Shown here: positions 9,195 to 18,852 of the stretch, in pieces
How positions within the stretch are numbered: position 1 is the first letter of the stretch
Layout: the number at the start of each line of letters is the position of its first letter
NCBI GenBank assembly: GCA_963755995.1
Contig: CAVWLQ010000002.1
Span: forward strand, 129,612 to 193,611
Origin: an uncultured Chloroflexia bacterium
Lineage (GTDB): Bacteria; Chloroflexota; Limnocylindria; Limnocylindrales; CSP1-4
Reading direction: 5' to 3'
Length of the DNA stretch: 64,000 nt
Translations under genes and position numbers: made by a program
Notes under the pieces: generated by a model
What the model was told of the DNA's origin: nothing
Database searches by the model: none
Seen by the model: the letters and a program-made list of their open reading frames with translations, nothing else

Positions 9195-9952
9195 ATTCGC
9201 CTGGTCGCTGCGTCGAACCAGACCAGACCCGGCGCGACGGGTGGAGCAGTCCTGGAGCACAGGGCCTGGACCCATGACCGCGACGCGCCCGGAAACGCGC
9301 TCCGAACGATCTGCGGGTATCTCGCCATCAGCGCCCGGTTGGCCATCGTGTCGCGGACGACCCACACCGTGGCGACGCGAAACGGATCTCCGTGGCCGAT
9401 CGCGATCGCCAAGTCGGCAGCCTCCGCCTCCTTTCGCCGCGTGGATCGGATCGCTGCGCCGAGGTCGGTGAACGTGTTCCACGCCTCTTCGATGAACAGG
9501 ATGCGGGCCGCCACATCGCGCACGCACACATCGATCGAGTGACGCGGGTCGGCCGGTCGCGTAGGCAGCTCGAACGACGCTGACCGGCGGGTTCTCCGGG
9601 CGAGCGACAGAAGATGCTCTTGGATCTCGAGGTGCCCGGCATCGAGGGGTCGGCGCTCCTGAGCGAGGGGCCGGCTCAGCGTGACGGCCAATGGTCGACC
9701 AAGTGCGGCCCCGATCGCGATCCAGACATCCAGTCCCGCGGATCCGCCCCGACCCGATTCGATCCGGCTGATCCATGACTGGTGGACGCCGACTCGTTGG
9801 GCGATCTGCGCCTGGCTCAACCGCGACTCACGCCGACTGGTTCGAACATCGCGGCCGAGACTCGCCGCGATGGCGTTGGTCAATCGCGCTGCCTCTCGCG
9901 CCGTCTCGGTCGGTCGTCGGCGAGGGTTCCGTTCCGATCGGTCGTCGGTCAT
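9161..9952 (-). CDS. XRE-family helix-turn-helix transcriptional regulator
   Basis: HTH LSQAQIAQRVGVHQSWISRIESGRG. Start taken at the internal Met MTDDRSERN (cat at 9950-9952). Confidence 0.7.
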   Translation of the reverse strand: MTDDRSERNPRRRPTETAREAARLTNAIAASLGRDVRTSRRESRLSQAQIAQRVGVHQSWISRIESGRGGSAGLDVWIAIGAALGRPLAVTLSRPLAQERRPLDAGHLEIQEHLLSLARRTRRSASFELPTRPADPRHSIDVCVRDVAARILFIEEAWNTFTDLGAAIRSTRRKEAEAADLAIAIGHGDPFRVATVWVVRDTMANRALMARYPQIVRSAFPGASRSWVQALCSRTAPPVAPGLVWFDAATRRIHEWRPSTRQA

Positions 9953-10258
9953 GCGCAGGAGTCTTACATCTGGCACTTCACAGGCCCTTACGGGCCGCCA
10001 GTCGTGCCCATGGCCGCGGCCCAAGCGTGATCCAGAACGGATCCCGCCCCGCCGGGCTCGATGTGGAGGTCGCAGGCGCCGAGATAAGACTGCCGGGAAT
10101 ATCGGCCGACGGACCGGTGTCCGCGTGCACGACGGACCGGTGTCCGCTAGCACGATGGAACGGTGTCCGCAGGCACGACGCAGCCTCGCGCCGGCCGCGG
10201 CCTGAATCGAAGCGGCCGGCCCTCGCGGGCCGGCCGTCGTGCGTGTGCCGGGGAACGG

Positions 10259-11375
10259 CTAGTTGCCGCCCTCCTTGAGGGTGATGGTCTGCTTGGCGAA
10301 GCTGGCGCCCTTGGTGTCGACCGAGGTGCCGAGCGCGTCGAGCGCCTTCTGGGCGAGGTCCGTGCGGGTCGCGTCCGCCGACGGGGCGGCCTTCAGGACC
10401 TTGTAGGTCGTGGCGATGTCGATGGTCTGGTCGTAGAGGGTCTTGTCGAGGAGGCCGATCCCGGCCGGGGACGGCCAGATCAGCGCGTTGATCTCGTTCA
10501 TCTGCCAGGCCTGGTGGCTGGCGCCCAGCTGGGAGCCCTTGGCGAGCACGATGTCGACGCACTTCTGGGCGTTGTCGCGGCAGTAGATCCAGCCCTTGAA
10601 CGTTCCCTGCAGGAACTTGGCCGCGATGTCGGCGTTGTTGCCGGTCTTGAGCCACTTGTCGGTGGCGAAGATCTGGTCCTGGAGCATGGCCGTGCCGACG
10701 GCCGGGTCGTTGAAGTCGATGACGTTGAGGTCCTCCGGCTTGTACAGCTCGCCGGTGGCCGGGTTCTTGGCCTCCAGGACCTGGGCGTACTCGTTGTAGA
10801 TCATGGCCTGCGCCACGTCGAGATCGCCCTTGAGCAGCCCCGACATGTCGAAGTTCTGCTTGATGACGTTCTCCTTGGTCGGATCGAGCGACGCCTTGGT
10901 CAACGCGGCGAACAGCTCGGGCTCGTTGCCACCGAGCCAGGATGCCGATCTTCTTGCCCGCCATCTGGGCCGGCGTGGTGATGTTGGCGGTCTTGAAGCC
11001 CGCCATCCGGGTGCCGGAGCGCTGGAAGATCTGGGCGATCGAGACCAGGTCCGTGCCACCCTCGCGCGACTGGAGCATGTTCGGCAGCCACGCCGTCCCG
11101 ATGTCGGCGCCGCCCGTCGCGACGACCTGGACGTTGTTGATGTTCGGGCCGCCGAGCAGCAGCTGCACATCGAGGCCGAGGTCCTGGTAGTAGCCCTGAT
11201 CGACCGCTGCGTAGTAGCCCGCGAACTGCGACTGGGCGACCCATTGGAGCTGGAACTTCACCGGCGTCAGCACGGCGAGCGAGGCACCGCCCGATGCACC
11301 GCCGCCGCTCGAGCTGCACGCCGCCAGGATGACCGCCGCGATCGCGGTGGCCAGCATCTTCCGAGGGAGTCTCAT
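10259..11375 (-). pseudogene. ABC transporter substrate-binding lipoprotein, NMT1/THI5 (SsuA/TauA/ThiY) family; frameshift near 10935-10945
   Basis: N-terminal part (frame of 11375) has lipobox LAAC and LAVLTPVKFQLQWVAQSQFAGYY. C-terminal part (frame of 11170) continues LGGNEPELFAALTKASL... The two halves are only compatible with a 1-nt indel. Confidence 0.7.
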
Positions 11376-11472
11376 GTCGTTCGCTCCTCCTCACACCGTC
11401 GGGGCCGTCCGACAGGACGACGGACCACCCCGACCGCACCCTGCGCAGGATGGTAGGCCACCTCCGGCCCCG

Positions 11473-12249
11473 TCAACGGGCCGTCTCGCGCGCCGTGTAC
11501 CAGGGGATCGCCAGCCGCTCGAGCGCGACGGCCGCGAGATACAACCCGATCCCGAGGCCGCAGGCCAGCACGATCGCCGCCCACGCGGACGGGTAGCGAC
11601 TGGCGCCGGTCTGGAGCGTGATGTAGATCCCGAGCGCGTACAACGGCCCGCCGAAGAACTCCCCGACGACGGCCCCGATGACGCTCAGCGTGGTGGCGAT
11701 CTTGAGGGCGGTGAACCAGTACGGCAGCGCGTTCGGGCCGCGCAGCTTGGTCAGCGTCTGGCGGTCGCCCGCCGCATACGACGACATCAGCTCGAGGGCG
11801 CCCTGATCCACGTTGGTCAGGCCGCGGATGGTGTTGACCATGATCGGGAAGAAGACCATCACCGCCACGATCGTGATCCGCGGCAGGAGGCTCTCCGGCC
11901 CGAACCAGTTGAGCGTGATCGGCGCGAACGCGATGATCGGGATCGTGCTCGCACCGATCGCGACCGGCAGCAGGACCTCGCGGGCGCTGGCCCAGCGGGC
12001 GGTCGCGAACCCCGCGGCGGTCCCGAGCGCCACCCCGACGACCAGTCCGAGCACGGCCTCGGTCCCGGTGAACAGGAGCCCGCGCATGAGCGTCGCGGCG
12101 TCGGAGACCAGCTGCTCGCCGATGACGGTCGGGCGCGGGATCAGGAAGGACTGGACGCCCAGGACCTGGAAGCCCACCTCCCAGGCGACCAGGACGATGA
12201 CGAAGACGCCGACCGCGGGCAGCCACTCGCGGGCTGCCGATGTCCTCAC
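11473..12249 (-). CDS. ABC transporter permease (SsuC/TauC/NitT-type)
   Basis: Six predicted TM helices and the EAA-like loop ELMSSYAAGDRQTLTKLRGPNALPYWFTALKIA. GTG start at 12249. Confidence 0.85.
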   Translation of the reverse strand: MRTSAAREWLPAVGVFVIVLVAWEVGFQVLGVQSFLIPRPTVIGEQLVSDAATLMRGLLFTGTEAVLGLVVGVALGTAAGFATARWASAREVLLPVAIGASTIPIIAFAPITLNWFGPESLLPRITIVAVMVFFPIMVNTIRGLTNVDQGALELMSSYAAGDRQTLTKLRGPNALPYWFTALKIATTLSVIGAVVGEFFGGPLYALGIYITLQTGASRYPSAWAAIVLACGLGIGLYLAAVALERLAIPWYTARETAR

Positions 12250-13066
12250 CCGAGGCCCTCGGCCCGAACGCGCTCGGCATCGCCGACCGTCGGCTCGACG
12301 CCGGCCGGTTCGTCCTGGCGAAGCGCCTCACGGACGCGGGTGACCAGGCGGAAGTAGCGCTCGGACTCGCGGGTCTCGACCGACCGGTCGGCCGGCAGGT
12401 CGATGTCGACGACCTGCGAGATCCGGCCGGGTCGCGCCGACATGACGATGACGCGGGTCGACAGGAAGACCGCCTCGGGGATGCTGTGGGTGACGAACAC
12501 GATGGTCGTCCCGGTCCGCCGCCAGATGCTCATGAGCTCCGCGTTCATCCGCTCGCGGGTCATCTCGTCGAGCGCCCCGAACGGCTCGTCCATCAGCAGG
12601 AGCTTCGGGTCGAACGAGAGCGCCCGGGCGATCGCGACGCGCTGCTGCATCCCGCCCGACAGCTCCCACGGATGCCGGTCGGCGAAGGCCTCGAGCTCGA
12701 CCAGGTCGCAGGAGATCGGCCGCCCGCCGATCGTCGCTCCTCCGCGGGATAGCCCATGATCTCGAGCGGCAGCTCGATGTTTCGCGCGATGGTCCGCCAG
12801 TCCATCAGCACCGGTGCCTGGAAGACCATCCCGTAGTCGCGGTCCAGCCGGGCCCGCTCGGCCGGCTTGCCGTTGATCGACAGGGTCCCGCTGGTCGGAC
12901 GGGTCAGGTCGCCGATGATCCGCAGCAGCGTGGACTTGCCACACCCGCTGGGACCGATGAGCGACACGAACTCGCCCTGGCGGATGGCCAGGTCGACCGA
13001 TTCGAGCGCGGTCACGGCGCCGTCGCCCGAGCCGAACACCTTGCCGATGCCGGCCGCCTCGACCAC
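12246..13066 (-). pseudogene. ABC transporter ATP-binding protein (SsuB/TauB-type); frameshift near 12740. Alternative start GTG near 13115 in a GTGA overlap with the upstream permease stop would require one more shift
   Basis: Walker A GPSGCGKST in the frame of 13066. Signature LSGGMQQRVAIARAL, Walker B LLLMDEPFGALD and H-loop in the frame of 13226. Confidence 0.75.
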
Positions 13067-13111
13067 GATCGCCTGGTCCGCGCGGTCGCCGCCCGTTGTC
13101 CGGCTCGGTGG

Positions 13112-14059
13112 TCACAGGAGTCCCTCCACCGGCCGGTAGCGTCCCCGCGTCAGGATCCGCTCGGCCAGGTTGACGATGCCCACGAAGACGAAGCCCACGA
13201 GGGTGCACATGACGATCGTCGCCCACAGACGCTCCGGGCCGGACGTGTAGTACTGGTTGTAGTTGATGATGGCGCTGCCGAGTCCCGAGGCGACGCCCGC
13301 CGTCTGCTCGCCGATGATCGCGCCGATGACCGATGCCGCGGCGGCCACCCGGAAGCCCGAGAACAGGTACGGCACCGAGGTCGGCAGGCGCAGCTGCCAG
13401 AGCACCTGTCGCCGGGTCGCGGCATACGACCGGAACAGCTCGAGGGCACGCGGGTCGAAGGCGCGCAGACCCCGCATCGAGGCGATCGTCACCGGGAAGA
13501 ACGTCAGGTACGTGGCGACCGCCATCACCGACAGCCAGTCGGCCTTGAGGGCGACCACGACGAGCGGCGCGATCGCGAGGATCGGCACGGTCTGCGATGC
13601 GACGACGTATGGCACGAAGGCGCGCTCCGCGAGGCGCGAGTGGACGAAGACGATGCCCAGCGCGAGGCCGAGGATCCCGCCCAGGGCGAAGCCCGCCAAC
13701 GCCTCACCGAACGTGAATGCCGCCTGGCCGGCCAGGACGGCGCCCAGAGGCGCGCCGCCCCGCTGGGCCGGGTCGACGAACGCCCGCGCGATGTCCCAGA
13801 CGTGAGGCAGCGACAGATCGTCCGTGATGCGCCAGGCGAACGGGGGCAGGTGCTCGTAGTCGATCTGCACGCCGGCCACGGTGCCGTGCAGCCGCCATGG
13901 GTCGCCGCCGAGCCACTTGGCGATCTCCCAGATCACCAGGAAGGCGACGAGGACGAGCGCGATGCCGGCCCAGCGCCGCGGCCGCGACCGCGCGCCGGCC
14001 CGCGGGGCGACCGCCGCGGGCGCCGAGCCGCGCCGGAGAAAGCCGCTGGCGGTCGTCAC
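13112..14059 (-). CDS. ABC transporter permease (second membrane component)
   Basis: TM helices plus the EAA-like loop ELFRSYAATRRQVLWQLRLPTSVPYLFSGFRVA. Confidence 0.85.
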   Translation of the reverse strand: MTTASGFLRRGSAPAAVAPRAGARSRPRRWAGIALVLVAFLVIWEIAKWLGGDPWRLHGTVAGVQIDYEHLPPFAWRITDDLSLPHVWDIARAFVDPAQRGGAPLGAVLAGQAAFTFGEALAGFALGGILGLALGIVFVHSRLAERAFVPYVVASQTVPILAIAPLVVVALKADWLSVMAVATYLTFFPVTIASMRGLRAFDPRALELFRSYAATRRQVLWQLRLPTSVPYLFSGFRVAAAASVIGAIIGEQTAGVASGLGSAIINYNQYYTSGPERLWATIVMCTLVGFVFVGIVNLAERILTRGRYRPVEGLL

Positions 14060-15417
14060 GTCGGTCCGTCGAGCCTCCGGCTCAGACGACCACCGCGTCG
14101 GCGATGTCGAGGGCGCGGTCGAGGATCTCGAAGCCCTCGGCGAGCTGATCCTCGGTGATGCACAGGGGCGGGTTGGTGTGGATCGAGTTGTTGGCGATCA
14201 TCGTGTACAGCCCGTTCTCGCGCAGGAACGTGCCGATCGCCTTCATCTCGTCCGACGTGCCGTTGAACGGCGTCAGCGGCGTCCACGGATCGCGGCTGCG
14301 CACGAGGTCGATGATCCCGAACAGGCCGAGGCTGCGCGTCGCGCCGACGCTCGGGTGGTTCGCCGCCAGCCGCTCGTGGTGGCCGCGCAGGACCGGCCCG
14401 AGCCGGGCGGCATTCTCGATCAGGCCGTCCTCCTCGTAGACGGCGATCGTCGCCAGGGAGGCCGCCAGGCTGACCGGATGGCTGCTGTAGGTCAGCCCGC
14501 CGTAGAACATCTGGGTCTCGAACTTCTCGGCGATCTCGTGGCGCATCGCCACCGCACCGAGCGGCAGGTACGAGCTGGTCAGGCCCTTGGCCATCGTCAT
14601 GAGATCCGGCGTGACGTCCCAGTGGTCGACCGCGAACCAGCGCCCGGTGCGCCCGAAACCGGCCATGACCTCGTCGGCGACCATCAGGATGTCGTTGCGC
14701 GTGCAGATCTCGCGAACGCCCGCGATGTAGCCGTCCGGTGGGATCAGGATCCCATTGGTCCCGACGATCGTCTCGAGGAAGACCGCCGCGATGTTCTTCG
14801 CGCCTTCGTAGCGGATCACGTCCTCGAGGCCCTGCAGGCTCTCGGCCACGGGTCGCGGCTCCGCCTCGCCCCAGCGGTGCGTGTCCGGGTAGCGGACCAC
14901 GCCGACGATGCCCGGCTCGTTGGCCCAGCGGCGCGGGTCGCCGGTCAGCGTCATGGCGCCCATGGTCGCGCCGTGGTACGAGCGGTAGCGGGCCAGGATC
15001 TTGTGGCGGCCGGTCGCGTGCCGGGCGAGCTTGATCGCGTTCTCGACCGCCTCCGCGCCACCGAGCGTGAAGAAGACCTTGTCCATGTCGCCCGGCAGGA
15101 TCTCGGCCAGCTTGGCCCCGAGCCGTCGCCCGGATCTCCGTCGCGAAGGCCGGCTGGACGTACTGGAGCTTCGTCGCCTGGGCCGTGATCGCGTCGATGA
15201 CCCGGCGGTCGCCGTGGCCGATGTTGACCGACATGAGCTGGCTGTTGAAGTCGAGGATCCGCCGGCCCTCGGGGGTGTACAGGTAGACGCCTTCGGCGTG
15301 GTCGATCGCGATCGGGTCGAGGGCACCCTGGATGGACCACGAGAAGAACGTGTGCTCACGCGCGAGCGCGACGATCTCCTCGCTGGTCATGGCGCCGGAT
15401 GCGGTCGTGATGCCCAT
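14056..15417 (-). pseudogene. Class-III (omega) aminotransferase, beta-alanine/taurine--pyruvate aminotransferase-like; frameshift near 15110-15130
   Basis: N-terminal part in the frame of 15417 (FFSWSIQGALDPIAIDHAEGVYLYTPEGRRILDFNSQLMSVNIGHGD). Remainder in the frame of 15359 (FFTLGGAEAVENAIKLARHATGRHKIL...DEVMAGFGRTGRWFA). Confidence 0.8.
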
Positions 15418-15541
15418 GGGTCACCTCGGGGCGCGTACCGGCCGATCGCCGGATCGTCTCGTCGAACGGCGGCATGCGCGCCGTCATCGGGAGGTGATTA
15501 CAGCACAACCGCGGGTGCCGGACCATGCCCGACCGGTCGCG

Positions 15542-17416
15542 TCAGCGGAGCGCGAGGATCCTCGTCCGGAGCAGGGCGACCAGGACGATGCACGGGGCGA
15601 CCGTCAGGACGATCCGCGCGGCCAGCACGTTGAACAACGGCGAGGCGCTTTCGCCGAGGAAGCGCGGCAGCGTGTGCGTCTCGCGCCCGCCCACGACGGC
15701 GACGAACACGTAGTCGTTCCATATCCCGATGAACACGATCGCCGTCGCCGCGGCGATCACCGGTGCGGCGGCCGGCAGGCTGACCCGCAAGATCGAGCCG
15801 AGCCGTGACAAGCCGTCCATCCGGGCCGCCCGTTCGATCTCGACGGGCACGCCGAGGAAGGCGCCCCTGACCAGCCAGATGAGGATCGGGGACCAGAACG
15901 CCGCGTTGATCAGCACGAGGCCGATGATCGTGTCGCGGACGCCCAGATCGATGACCAGGTAGAGCACCGGGATCGCGAGCGCGATCGGCGGGATGAGCAT
16001 CGTCGCGAGGAGGATCAGGAGCAGCAGCCTCGCCCCGCGGATGCGGAAGCGCGCCAGCGGGTAGCCGGCGAGGATCGACACCGCCAGGGCGATGAGCGTG
16101 GCCGTCACGGTCACCGCGATGCTGACCACGGCGGCCCGCTGCCACGACGGGTCGGCGATCAGCCGGCTGTAGCTGCTCAGATCGAGGTTCGCGGTCAGCC
16201 GCGGCGGCATCTGGGCGACCGCCGCCGCCGGCTGCGTGCTGGCGATGGCGATCCAGACGAGTGGTCCGGCGAGGCCGACGACGAGCAGGACGGTCGCGGT
16301 CGCGGCCAGCACGGTGCCGGCCGATCGACGGAACCTGTGCCCCCGCGCCGAACCGGTGGACGCGCCCGCCCCGGTCTCCGTGCCGGGCATCGGGTCGCGC
16401 CGCAGCCGGGCCCAGGCCCGCGGGTCCGTGCGGATCGGTGACACGTCGAGCCGGTCGTCCCGGTCGACCGGGACGATCCGTCGCCGTGGCCGCACGACGA
16501 CCAGGTACAGGCCGGCCAGGCACAGCGCGATGAAGAGGCCGACGACCATCGTCATCGCCGATCCGTAGCCCAGGCTGATCTCGCCGATGACGGTGTTGAA
16601 GATCGCCAGCCCGGCCAGCATCGAGCCCTTCGGCGGCGCGCCGGCCGAGAGCGCGTACTGGACCTCGAAGACCTGCAGCGCGAGGATGACCTGGAGGAGG
16701 CCGGCGCCGATGACGACCGGCGCGATCGCCGGCAACGTGACGTAGCGGAACACCTGCCGGCCTGACGCCCCGTCGAGCCTGGCCGCCTGCCGGACCTCCG
16801 GCCGGACGAGCCGGAGCGCACCGAGGAAGAGGATCGCCAGGATCGGGATCGATCGCCAGGTCACGGCCACGACCATGGCCGCGATGGCACCGGGCGCCTC
16901 GCGGATCACGACCGGGGGCAAGCCGACCTGGGTCATGAGAAACGTGACGATCCCGGTCCGCGGCTCGAACATCAGCCGCCACAGGATCCCGTCGGCGATC
17001 GGCGCGATCGCCCACGGGAGGAGGAGGACCACCGCCAGCACGCCCGCGAACCGCGCCCGGCTATGGATCAGCAGCGCGGTCGCCAGGGCGAGCGGCACCG
17101 CGAGGGCCGAGGTCAGCGCCGCGAACAGCAGGGTCAGCGGGAGCGTCCCGAGGAACTCCGTGTCCGCCGGGAGCCTGGTCGCGTAGTTGCGGAACCCGAC
17201 GAACGGCGTGAAGTCGTCGCGCAGGAGCTCGATCCGGAAGAAGCTCATCCCGATCGAGGCCAGGATCGGCGGGAGCACGAACGCACCGATGAGCAGCAGG
17301 CCGGGCGCCGCGACGACGAGGGCGAACCGGCCGTCGGGCAGCCGATCCAGCCGGCGTGTCGGCGAGAACATCCGCGACCCGCGTCGAGGCACGAGCGGGA
17401 TCTCGCGTCCGGTCAT
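15542..17416 (-). CDS. Tandem/fused ABC permease: MalF/UgpA-like domain (about 17416-16480) then MalG/UgpE-like domain (candidate internal start near 16390), CUT1 sugar- or PotBC-like. There is no stop between the two domains
   Basis: Two EAA loops (EVRQAARLDGASGRQVFRYVTLP and EIERAARMDGLSRLGSILRVSLP) and two 6-TM blocks in one open frame. The upstream 950 nt of the same ORF is low-complexity and non-coding. Start candidates 17416/17428. Confidence 0.6.
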   Translation of the reverse strand: MTGREIPLVPRRGSRMFSPTRRLDRLPDGRFALVVAAPGLLLIGAFVLPPILASIGMSFFRIELLRDDFTPFVGFRNYATRLPADTEFLGTLPLTLLFAALTSALAVPLALATALLIHSRARFAGVLAVVLLLPWAIAPIADGILWRLMFEPRTGIVTFLMTQVGLPPVVIREAPGAIAAMVVAVTWRSIPILAILFLGALRLVRPEVRQAARLDGASGRQVFRYVTLPAIAPVVIGAGLLQVILALQVFEVQYALSAGAPPKGSMLAGLAIFNTVIGEISLGYGSAMTMVVGLFIALCLAGLYLVVVRPRRRIVPVDRDDRLDVSPIRTDPRAWARLRRDPMPGTETGAGASTGSARGHRFRRSAGTVLAATATVLLVVGLAGPLVWIAIASTQPAAAVAQMPPRLTANLDLSSYSRLIADPSWQRAAVVSIAVTVTATLIALAVSILAGYPLARFRIRGARLLLLILLATMLIPPIALAIPVLYLVIDLGVRDTIIGLVLINAAFWSPILIWLVRGAFLGVPVEIERAARMDGLSRLGSILRVSLPAAAPVIAAATAIVFIGIWNDYVFVAVVGGRETHTLPRFLGESASPLFNVLAARIVLTVAPCIVLVALLRTRILALR

Positions 17417-17473
17417 GACCGCGAGCATAGCCGCGCCCGGCGGCGCCGGTCGCTGCCCTGCCATCATCGGCCC

Positions 17474-17989
17474 ATGCGCAGCCGACGAGGTCCCTCCCGG
17501 CGTTTGATCGTCGCCGCCGGCGTCGTCGCGCTCCTCGTCGTCGGGCTCGTCCGCGCGTGGGACGATTCGCGACAGGTGTCGGACGGCGACGGCTGGCAGC
17601 TCCTCGCCCACCAGCGCGCCATCGGCGAGCGGAACGGGGTGGACTTGATCCGCGATCAGGCCGCGTTCGACGTCGCGTGGAAGCGGCTGCTCCTCCGCAC
17701 CGATCCGCCACGCGTGGACTTCGACCGCTCGGTCGTGGCGCTGCTGACCCCGCTGGGAACGATCGCCTGCCCGACCCGCCTGGATCGGGTCCGGTTCGAT
17801 CCGGACGGGCACCACGTCGACGGGCAGTTCTCGCTCGGGCTCACGCTGGGCTGCGGCAGCCCACCGGTCAGCGACACGTTCCTCGTCGCGCTCGACCGGG
17901 ATCGACTGCCCGCAGCGCCGTACCAGGTGCGGATCCTCGGTCCGGACCCGGGCGACGCCGTCACCGGTCAGCTCGACCAGGGGGAGTGA
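17474..17989 (+). CDS. Hypothetical membrane-anchored/secreted protein (171 aa)
   Basis: ATG at 17474 gives MRSRRGPSRRLIVAAGVVALLVVGLVRAW (signal anchor) then a globular domain. Divergent from the permease gene across a 45-bp spacer. Confidence 0.5.
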   Translation: MRSRRGPSRRLIVAAGVVALLVVGLVRAWDDSRQVSDGDGWQLLAHQRAIGERNGVDLIRDQAAFDVAWKRLLLRTDPPRVDFDRSVVALLTPLGTIACPTRLDRVRFDPDGHHVDGQFSLGLTLGCGSPPVSDTFLVALDRDRLPAAPYQVRILGPDPGDAVTGQLDQGE

Positions 17990-18275
17990 CGGTGACGCAC
18001 GGGGCGATGATGCCCGGGGACCGCTCCCCGGCGCTTTTTCCCGATCCACGCTAGACTGCGCTCCGCCAACGACCCCCAGGACACACGGGAACCCGGAAAA
18101 CACGAACAACGCCCCGTTCGCACGGCTCCCCCTGAGCCATTTCCGGCTACGTCCCTTTCGTGTCGGCACCCCCCTCCAGAACCCACCCGGGTTCGCCATG
18201 TCCTTCCGTGCGTGCCCGTGGGCGTCACCGCCCGCCGCGTCCCCCAACGCGGCGTCCCGGCAGGAAGGAGCACCA

Positions 18276-18773
18276 TTGCGCACGCTACATCTGGGCGCAC
18301 GAGCGTTCATCCCGGTCGCCCTCGCGGCGGCTGTCCTCTTCAGCGTCGCCCCCTCGACACCCGCGGCGGCCACCTCCGCGACGGAGGCCCAGCAGATCGT
18401 CCGGATCGCCCGGGCCCAGCTCGGTGACCGCTGGCACTACGGCGCGACCGGCCCGCGATCGTTCGATTGCTCCGGCCTCGTGGTCTACGCGTTCCGGAAG
18501 GCGGGCGATGCCCGAGCCATCCACACCGGGTTCCTGCGGTCGGCCCGATCGATCTACCGCTGGTTCAAGGCCCACGGCAAGGCCAGCCGGACCAACCCGC
18601 GCGTCGGCGACCTCGTCATCTGGGGCGGAGGCACGCACATCGGCATCTACATCGGCCGCGGCAAGGCGATCAGCACCTTGCGCAACGGCGTGCACATCCA
18701 CGGCGTCCACGCCGTGAGCGCCCGGTTCACGGCCTACCTGCACACGGGGATGTCGACCAAACCCGCGCGCTGA
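18276..18773 (+). CDS. NlpC/P60 (C40) family secreted peptidoglycan peptidase
   Basis: SD GGAAGGAG then TTG 18276. Signal peptide. Catalytic Cys context FDCSGLVVYAF and His GTHIGIYIG. Confidence 0.75.
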   Translation: MRTLHLGARAFIPVALAAAVLFSVAPSTPAAATSATEAQQIVRIARAQLGDRWHYGATGPRSFDCSGLVVYAFRKAGDARAIHTGFLRSARSIYRWFKAHGKASRTNPRVGDLVIWGGGTHIGIYIGRGKAISTLRNGVHIHGVHAVSARFTAYLHTGMSTKPAR

Positions 18774-18782
18774 CAGCAGGGC

Positions 18783-18851
18783 CATCCGGAGCCCACCGGA
18801 TGCGCCGCCGACCCGACGACCCCGCTCGTGACCTCACGGCCGGGGTCGTCG
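18783..18851. terminator. Two hairpins between convergent genes: CATCCGG-agccca-CCGGATG, and CGACGACCCCG...CGGGGTCGTCG
   Basis: Perfect inverted repeats seen directly after the NlpC/P60 stop and before the decarboxylase stop. No U-tract, as is common in high-GC actinobacteria. Confidence 0.35.
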
Positions 18852-18852
18852 G

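Noticed and set aside
17417-18373. 320-codon N-terminal extension of the permease ORF
   Set aside because: No conserved features. The permease signature begins only near 17416, and a divergent plus-strand gene starts at 17474.
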